A stretch of 40,157 nt of DNA, taken from assembly GCA_041649655.1 (NCBI GenBank), contig JBAZMO010000002.1, positions 1 through 40,157 on the forward strand. The letters are read 5' to 3'. Under the pieces are notes generated by a model. The model searched no databases. It was not told where the DNA came from and worked only from the letters and a program-made list of their open reading frames with translations. This document shows positions 35,297 to 40,157 of this stretch, in pieces. This DNA comes from Patescibacteria group bacterium (GTDB taxonomy: Bacteria; Patescibacteriota; Patescibacteriia; 2-01-FULL-39-33). Position 1 is the stretch's first letter; each line of letters starts with the position of its first letter. A program made the position numbers and the translations under genes.

Positions 35297-36224
35297 GTTA
35301 AATCAGCTTCCGCAACCCGAAAAACAAGTTGAATTTATTGACTCGTTTAGAAGAGAAAAGATAAAAGAGATCAAGGGAATAACTAAGCGAGAAGTTTTAA
35401 TATATTTCTCAGATTTTAAGAAGAATCATCCATTAGGAGCAATTACTTGGGAAGATAAAACATGTTTTGCAGATGTTATTGAGGGTTTAGATAAAAAAGG
35501 AGTTGATATAGTTATCCATAGCCCCGGTGGTTCTGCAGAAGCTACTCAATCATTAGTTTGTATGCTACGTGAGCATTTTGATAATGTTCGTTTTATTGTA
35601 CCCAATATGGCAAAAAGTGCCGCAACAATGATGGTGCTTTCAGGCAATGAAATTTTAATGGATGATCGTTCCGAATTGGGTCCGATTGATCCACAGATAC
35701 AAATAAATGGTAATTTTGTTCCCGCACAAACATTAATTGATGGATTCGAAGAAGCAAAAAAAGTTATTACTGATGCCGGAACGGATATTTTACCTGCATA
35801 TCTACCGCTTCTTAATAAATATGATTTGCATATTTTACAAATTTGTGAGAACGCTAAAAGGCTTTCAGAAGAATTAGTAAAGGATTGGTTAAGTAGGTAT
35901 ATGTTTCTGGGAGATGAAAAGGCAGCCGAAAAAGCCGAAAATATTGCAAAAAACTTAGCAGATCATAAAAAATATTTATCTCATGGTCGACCAATCGGAA
36001 TAAATGAAGCAAGGTCTATCGGCATTAGGATTTCTGATTTGAGAGATAATTTACCACTGCGAGAAAAGATTTGGGAGTTGTATTGTATTCTTGAAATTAT
36101 GCTCGATCGTTCTCCGATAATAAAATTGTATGAGAATAGTAATGGTGTGTTTTTAGCGAAAAATATTCCATTTCAACAAATAATGATTCCTCAAGTGCCT
36201 CAAGAACAAAAAACGTCGAAATAA
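35268..36224 (+). CDS. ClpP/crotonase-fold serine peptidase (SppA/S49-like, SDH 'serine dehydrogenase proteinase' type)
   Basis: VIHSPGGSAEA ... VPNMAKSAATMMVLSGNEILMDDRSELGPIDPQ core. C-terminal SHGRPIGINEARSIG. Confidence 0.7.
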   Translation: MPIFQRLLAELNQLPQPEKQVEFIDSFRREKIKEIKGITKREVLIYFSDFKKNHPLGAITWEDKTCFADVIEGLDKKGVDIVIHSPGGSAEATQSLVCMLREHFDNVRFIVPNMAKSAATMMVLSGNEILMDDRSELGPIDPQIQINGNFVPAQTLIDGFEEAKKVITDAGTDILPAYLPLLNKYDLHILQICENAKRLSEELVKDWLSRYMFLGDEKAAEKAENIAKNLADHKKYLSHGRPIGINEARSIGIRISDLRDNLPLREKIWELYCILEIMLDRSPIIKLYENSNGVFLAKNIPFQQIMIPQVPQEQKTSK

Positions 36225-36269
36225 ATAATAATGAAAGAGAAATTGATTATGAAATGGTGGTTTTTTGGT

Positions 36270-36278
36270 TGTGGATAA
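36270..36278 (-). promoter_or_regulatory. perfect DnaA box (TGTGGATAA) upstream of an extended -10 (TGtTATAAT, 36294-36302)
   Basis: Read directly. This is the fifth perfect copy I found in the window. Confidence 0.45.
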
Positions 36279-36414
36279 CTTTTTATGAATTTGTGTTATA
36301 ATAATATCAATAAAGTTTTCTCCGCCGTTGTTAGATTTTTGGAAGGTGGAATCTAACCGAAAAAAATATGCCTAAGATAGAGTTAAAAAGCAAATGTCTG
36401 CTATTTTTTAATAC

Positions 36415-36443
36415 TTGACATTTTTTTTAATTAGGTATATATT
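36415..36443 (+). promoter_or_regulatory. sigma70 promoter (plus strand)
   Basis: TTGACA, 17 nt spacer, TATATT. Confidence 0.55.
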
Positions 36444-36449
36444 AGAGTT

Positions 36450-36536
36450 CCTAGAGGTAATTTAGATAAAACAAAAAGCTCCGATGTTAACCTCGGAGCT
36501 ATCTGCAAGCCATGGATTAAAACCCATGGTTTTTTC
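36450..36536 (+). ncRNA. candidate ~87-nt small RNA convergent with, and antisense to, the 3' end of the long ncRNA
   Basis: Runs from the promoter at 36415-36443 to terminator ccatgg-attaaaac-ccatgg plus TTTTTT (36510-36536). No ORF. Confidence 0.4.
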
Positions 36537-36928
36537 GTTATTGGATTAAGGGCCAATAAATCCCTTGCTTCCTATTCCTATCGGTCGTCTTTGACACACA
36601 TCGGGAATGGTCGCCGCTTCGCCCGCATTAACTTCCTAGTTTTCGGGTCGCGTCGCGACCACCGAAAAACCAGATGATAACCAGGGGCGCACTGCTTGTA
36701 TGGGTTTGCCATAGTAAGGTGCTTATTAATAAAGCACTGCAAATGCATTTTCTGGGCCCAAACAGTGTTGGCACAAATTAAAAACCCGTGCCAAATTCTG
36801 ACGTAGGCAAGCTTTTATTTTGCCTTTCGGCGTTGATCCTTTTTGAAGACCTACGCCAGAATTTGAAACAGGTTTAACTGTTTAGCTTTTTAACTTTTGA
36901 GAGGGATCAGCTCTTTTTGTAAATTTCT
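36468..36928 (-). ncRNA. candidate ~460-nt GC-rich structured non-coding RNA of unknown class
   Basis: Minus-strand consensus promoter (36935-36963) and minus-strand terminator agctccga-ggttaaca-tcggagct plus TTTTTGTTTT (36500-36466). At least 8 hairpins. A G:U pair and a GAAA tetraloop exist only on the minus strand. No ORF of 60 aa or more. GC visibly higher than the surrounding cargo. Confidence 0.55.
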
Positions 36929-36934
36929 GACATC

Positions 36935-36963
36935 ATTATATCACATCTGAGAGCAAAAGTCAA
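36935..36963 (-). promoter_or_regulatory. consensus sigma70 promoter with extended -10 (minus strand)
   Basis: On the minus strand: TTGACT, 17 nt spacer, TGaTATAAT. The -10 context (GTGATATAATGA) is the same as the promoter at 14545. Confidence 0.7.
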
Positions 36964-36985
36964 AAAATGTCAAGGGTTTTAACGT

Positions 36986-37203
36986 TGCGGCGGCGCGCCG
37001 TGACTTCGTCACGGCAACAAAAAATCTTCGCCCTCGGCGAAGAGCTGGAATTCTGGCGGGAAATGCGCCGGAGCGGGCGGGCAAAATTCCTTCCCCCCCA
37101 AACCCCCAGTCATTTTTGCCCGCGATCCGCTCCGGCGAAAATTCTGAGAAAATCCTCATGGATTTTCTTCGTAAAATGTTCGAACTTCGTCTAAGAGGCA
37201 CCA
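36986..37203. repeat. IR2 right copy (native integrase 3'UTR at attR)
   Basis: Reverse complement of 33156-33377 with C7 instead of G9 and a different hairpin sequence (gccgtgac-gaa-gtcacggc). Confidence 0.9.
37016..37042 (-). terminator. intrinsic terminator inside IR2-R (minus strand)
   Basis: Same cttcgcc/ggcgaag stem plus T-run when read on the minus strand. Confidence 0.7.
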
Positions 37204-37265
37204 AAAATGAAAAAGAGTGGTTAATTGCCGCTCTTTTTGTTATAATAAATCCATAAAATATTTTT

Positions 37266-38120
37266 ATGGCAAACAACAAACAAGTCACTATTTTTGAGGG
37301 TCAAAAAATCCGTCGTCATTATGACGAAAAAAATGAGAAATGGTATTTTTCGGTTATTGATATTATTCAGGCGTTAATCCAGCAAAATGATTATCAAACA
37401 GCTAGAAAGTATTGGAATAAGCTTAAAGAAAGGCTTAAAAAAGAGGGAAATGAGTCGGTGACAAATTGTCACCGACTGAAATTTGAGGCCTCGGATGGTA
37501 AGTTTTATCTGACCGATGCGGCTGATGTAGAAACTATTTTCCGTCTAGTTCAATCCGTGCCGAGCCCTAAAGCCGAGCCGATCAAATTATGGTTGGCCAA
37601 GGTCGGTTATGAAAGAATCGAGGAAATATCCGATCCCGAAAAAGCGCTTAACCGCAGTCGCGATTATTGGCAGAGAATGGGCCGAAGCAAGCAATGGATT
37701 CAGCAAAGGATGATGGGTCAGGAAATCAGGAACAAGCTGACTGATTATTGGAAAGATAATGAAGTTAAAAAACAAGACGAATACGCAATTTTGACTAATA
37801 TTATCCATGAGGAATGGAGCGATTTATCAGTCAAAGACCATAAAAAATTAAAGGGTTTGAAGACGCAGAATCTGCGCGATCATATGAGTGATGCGGAATT
37901 GGTTTTTACGGCCCTGGCTGAACTCTCTACTCGTCAGATTGCGGAAACTATGTCAACAAAGGGTTTAGAAGAAAATAAAATTCCAGCCCAAAAGGGCGGA
38001 CGGATTGCCAAGAATGCGCGGTTGGAATTAGAACAAAAAACTGGTAAGAAAGTCGTCAGTGGAATAAACTTTTTGCAGTCATCTAAAAATAGCAAAAAAT
38101 TAAAAGATAAAAAAATTTAA
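37266..38120 (+). CDS. BRO-N / DinD-like DNA-binding protein
   Basis: N-terminal FEGQKIRRHYDEKNEKWYFSVIDIIQAL (BRO-N pattern), then SPKAEPIKLWLAKVGYERIEE. Basic C-terminus. Confidence 0.6.
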   Translation: MANNKQVTIFEGQKIRRHYDEKNEKWYFSVIDIIQALIQQNDYQTARKYWNKLKERLKKEGNESVTNCHRLKFEASDGKFYLTDAADVETIFRLVQSVPSPKAEPIKLWLAKVGYERIEEISDPEKALNRSRDYWQRMGRSKQWIQQRMMGQEIRNKLTDYWKDNEVKKQDEYAILTNIIHEEWSDLSVKDHKKLKGLKTQNLRDHMSDAELVFTALAELSTRQIAETMSTKGLEENKIPAQKGGRIAKNARLELEQKTGKKVVSGINFLQSSKNSKKLKDKKI

Positions 38121-38154
38121 CCAATGTTTATTAATAATTAAACCCGCTTTCATT

Positions 38155-38568
38155 ATGAGAGAAATATCTTTATCGCCAGAATCAAAAAAAGAAATCACCA
38201 GGGAAGAAGTCATTGCCGCTTATAAGAAATTCATCGAGCGTGGCGTCACAAACCCTAATAATTTAGGTTCTGAAAATCCGGAAGTAAAAGAAGCGAATGA
38301 GCTTTTTTATGCCTGGCAAACGCAGGAAGATGAGCGAGCCGAAGGGGATCATGAACAAGAGCTCAGGGTTAACCTTGCAAAAACCATGCTGTATGTCGAT
38401 GCGGGGTTTAATGACCCTGATTATTTGGCTGAGGTTTTGCATGATTGGCTGGCGCAGGACTCTCAAAATGCGGGAAAACAAAGCGATAACCCGGAAAGGG
38501 CTGAAACTCGCCGGCAGATAGCCCAGGCGATGAATAAGATCAGGGCCATATTAAAAGCTTCAAATTAG
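38155..38568 (+). CDS. hypothetical protein (137 aa, acidic, helical)
   Basis: Clean ORF followed by a terminator. No family recognised. Confidence 0.5.
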   Translation: MREISLSPESKKEITREEVIAAYKKFIERGVTNPNNLGSENPEVKEANELFYAWQTQEDERAEGDHEQELRVNLAKTMLYVDAGFNDPDYLAEVLHDWLAQDSQNAGKQSDNPERAETRRQIAQAMNKIRAILKASN

Positions 38569-38600
38569 ATTTCCCGTTAAAATTAAAATAGGCGGCTTCC

Positions 38601-38645
38601 AATAAAAAAGACGCCGAGAACTTCCTTGTTCTCGGCGTTTGTGTT
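38601..38645. terminator. bidirectional intrinsic terminator
   Basis: 11-bp stem acgccgagaac/gttctcggcgt flanked by an A-run and a T-rich run. Confidence 0.75.
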
Positions 38646-38663
38646 CATAATTCTCCCTGTTTG

Positions 38664-39617
38664 TTAGAATTCCTCTTCATCCATGATTTTTCTCAATGTT
38701 TCCGCCAAAGACAGGACAAAAATGAAATCCAAGTTCAATTTGACCAATTTCGAAGCGATTGAGGGGCAGGAATCCGTCGTGTACAGGCGGTTTATCAGTC
38801 CGGAATCGTGGGCCTCGATTAATCCGTCGATGGCTGCCGGCTCCAGCGGGACATGGGGCACGACCAGATTGATCTTGCCGGCGCCGGCGATTTTTAGGGC
38901 CGCCGCTGCTTCCAACAGCGTTTTGCCGGTCCGTGTCAGATCGTCGACAATCAAGATATCTTTGCCGTCAACCTCACCTTCTTTAATGGAAACGGTTCGC
39001 AATTCGCCGTTTCTAACTTTGTGGCAAAGGATTTGCGGGAACCGAGCCAATGTTCGGCCGAAACGCTTCCAAGCCCCCTCGTCAGGGAAAGCCACTGACC
39101 AATTAGAGAAGCTCTTGGTCAGGGCGGGAACAGCTGTTTCCAGACAGGGGATGACGTTGTCGGAAAAATAGAATCTTTCCGGCAGGGCATGGATATCTAA
39201 AATAAAGATCTTGGCCGGCCCGTCGGCTGCCAGGGGAATGGCGCCCAGCATCCGGGCCAGAGTCATGGCTGTGGCAATGGCGCCTTCCTTATCGACTCGT
39301 TCCATGGTGCCGGTCGGGTAAAACGGCAGGAAGATCTTGAGTGACCGGGCTCGGTATCTTGGCAGGGCGTAAATCACCGCTAGTTGTTGGAAGATTTCCG
39401 TCGGTTCGCTGAAGTCGGCCAAAAACCAGATATGGCTATTTCTGACTGCCCGCGCATCCAAGCGGGTATCCGGGAATCCGTCAGAAAAATTACCCCAATT
39501 AATGAGTGAGTGTTTGACTGGCACAGTGTAGTGTCGGAATAGCCCCGCTGTTTCTCGGGCTAGCCGTTCCATTGACGGGCAACTCATAATAATGGTTTCT
39601 TTCGATCCCATTTCCAC
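38664..39617 (-). CDS. prs: ribose-phosphate pyrophosphokinase family protein
   Basis: 317 aa. FSDGFPDTRL, IFLPFYPTGTMER and PRPP loop ILIVDDLTRTGKTL match the Prs layout. Confidence 0.65.
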   Translation of the reverse strand: MEMGSKETIIMSCPSMERLARETAGLFRHYTVPVKHSLINWGNFSDGFPDTRLDARAVRNSHIWFLADFSEPTEIFQQLAVIYALPRYRARSLKIFLPFYPTGTMERVDKEGAIATAMTLARMLGAIPLAADGPAKIFILDIHALPERFYFSDNVIPCLETAVPALTKSFSNWSVAFPDEGAWKRFGRTLARFPQILCHKVRNGELRTVSIKEGEVDGKDILIVDDLTRTGKTLLEAAAALKIAGAGKINLVVPHVPLEPAAIDGLIEAHDSGLINRLYTTDSCPSIASKLVKLNLDFIFVLSLAETLRKIMDEEEF

Positions 39618-39634
39618 CTCCTAGTTGGTGCCGT

Positions 39635-39907
39635 TTAGAAATTATTGACCTCGTGGTAGAGTCCGTCCGGACCCCTAAGTCCGCTCAGATATTCTAATCT
39701 CGAATCAGTAATCTCTCGCCGATGTTCTCCTTGGGATTCGATAATCTGCCGGGAATATTCTGCCATTCCGGCGCGATGGGCCTCATAGCTCGCTATCAGC
39801 CAGCAATAAATAGCTGCCAGTAGGGGGATAACAATCAACGCAACAAAAATAATGATTCTCTGCTCGCGTTTTTTCCAGTCCATTTTCTCTCGGCTTTGTC
39901 TCAACAT
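39635..39907 (-). CDS. small single-pass membrane protein
   Basis: 90 aa with TM IIIFVALIVIPLLAAIYCWLI. Lies upstream of and co-directional with prs. Confidence 0.45.
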   Translation of the reverse strand: MLRQSREKMDWKKREQRIIIFVALIVIPLLAAIYCWLIASYEAHRAGMAEYSRQIIESQGEHRREITDSRLEYLSGLRGPDGLYHEVNNF

Positions 39908-40157
39908 AACCCGCCTCGCTTTCTTGTCTTTGTTGGATGTTTTAAATGTAAAGAACTCTGATTTTTGATCATCAAGTCATTGTAGCAGACGGCTGTCATT
40001 TTGTCAAACAAATTTTAAAACTCCCAATCGGGGCGAATTAAAAGGCCGAAGCGCAGGGCTTCGGCGTAATCATTAAGCGATTGCTTAAGGGACTAATTAT
40101 TTCTGAGCGAACAATTCCTCGACTTCTCGTCGTCTGGCAGCGCCTTTTTTGAGATTA

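Larger units (their letters stand above)
31405..37203. mobile_element. 5.8-kb integrative element inserted in the 3' end of tRNA-Tyr (attL 31405-31407, attR 37201-37203, core CCA)
   Basis: attL is ggcCCAcatcacgc and attR is gaggcaCCAaaaatg. An intact attP-like gaggcaCCAcatcacgc (reverse complement of 33147-33163) joins the two element-side halves. The element carries a large serine recombinase and AT-rich cargo. Confidence 0.75.

Noticed and set aside
36578-36748. 56-codon minus-strand ORF (MHLQCFINKHLT...) inside the candidate ncRNA
   Set aside because: It has no SD, an Arg-rich translation and overlaps multiple strong stems. It is more likely non-coding. A small peptide cannot be excluded without conservation data.
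36468-36928. Identity of the long ncRNA as RNase P RNA, tmRNA, SRP or 6S RNA
   Set aside because: By eye I found no GAGGAAAGUCC-type CR-I box, no tRNA-like acceptor/T-arm ends with a tag ORF, and no SRP GGAA/AGCAG domain IV motif. This still needs cmscan.
40097-40157. Partial minus-strand gene end (...NLKKGAARRREVEELFAQK*) with a downstream hairpin at 40040-40065. A possible minus-strand gene start (MKLNFDD...) also lies at 1-21.
   Set aside because: Both are too short and truncated by the window edges to support a call or a product.

Overview
The window looks like a reduced, CPR/Patescibacteria-like bacterial chromosome. That assignment is inference only, based on domain-stripped aaRS genes and compact housekeeping operons. 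The backbone is mostly plus-strand: an HExxH-vWA protein, trpS, holB, a BNR lipoprotein, frr, rseP, proS, mreBCD-PBP2, greA, gyrB (minus), aspS, an HD hydrolase, a YbaK-like deacylase, scpAB, a DD-carboxypeptidase, tpiA, fba and a prs-like gene. Four visibly AT-richer accessory patches interrupt it. (1) 14.5-16.3 kb holds an atypical tRNA, a secreted protein and a DinJ-YafQ toxin-antitoxin pair, framed by a repeated motif that carries perfect DnaA boxes directly upstream of promoters. (2) 18.7-20.7 kb holds a radical-SAM-like enzyme with a non-canonical Cys motif next to an MNT-HEPN pair. (3) 28.5-29.4 kb holds a PRTase-like gene behind a G9 tract, inserted between tpiA and fba. (4) 31.4-37.2 kb is the most interesting patch: a 5.8-kb integrative element in the 3' end of tRNA-Tyr. 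Its att sites can be reconstructed (core CCA), and attP lies inside the large-serine-recombinase ORF. It contains a perfect internal inverted copy of the integrase 3' end, attP and 3'UTR, which produces two nested inverted-repeat pairs. Its cargo is an XRE/RDD/unknown/SDH-type peptidase set plus a GC-rich, highly structured ~460-nt non-coding transcript. That transcript has its own consensus promoter and terminator and is overlapped by a convergent small RNA. All calls come from reading the sequence and the ORF track by eye; no searches were run.
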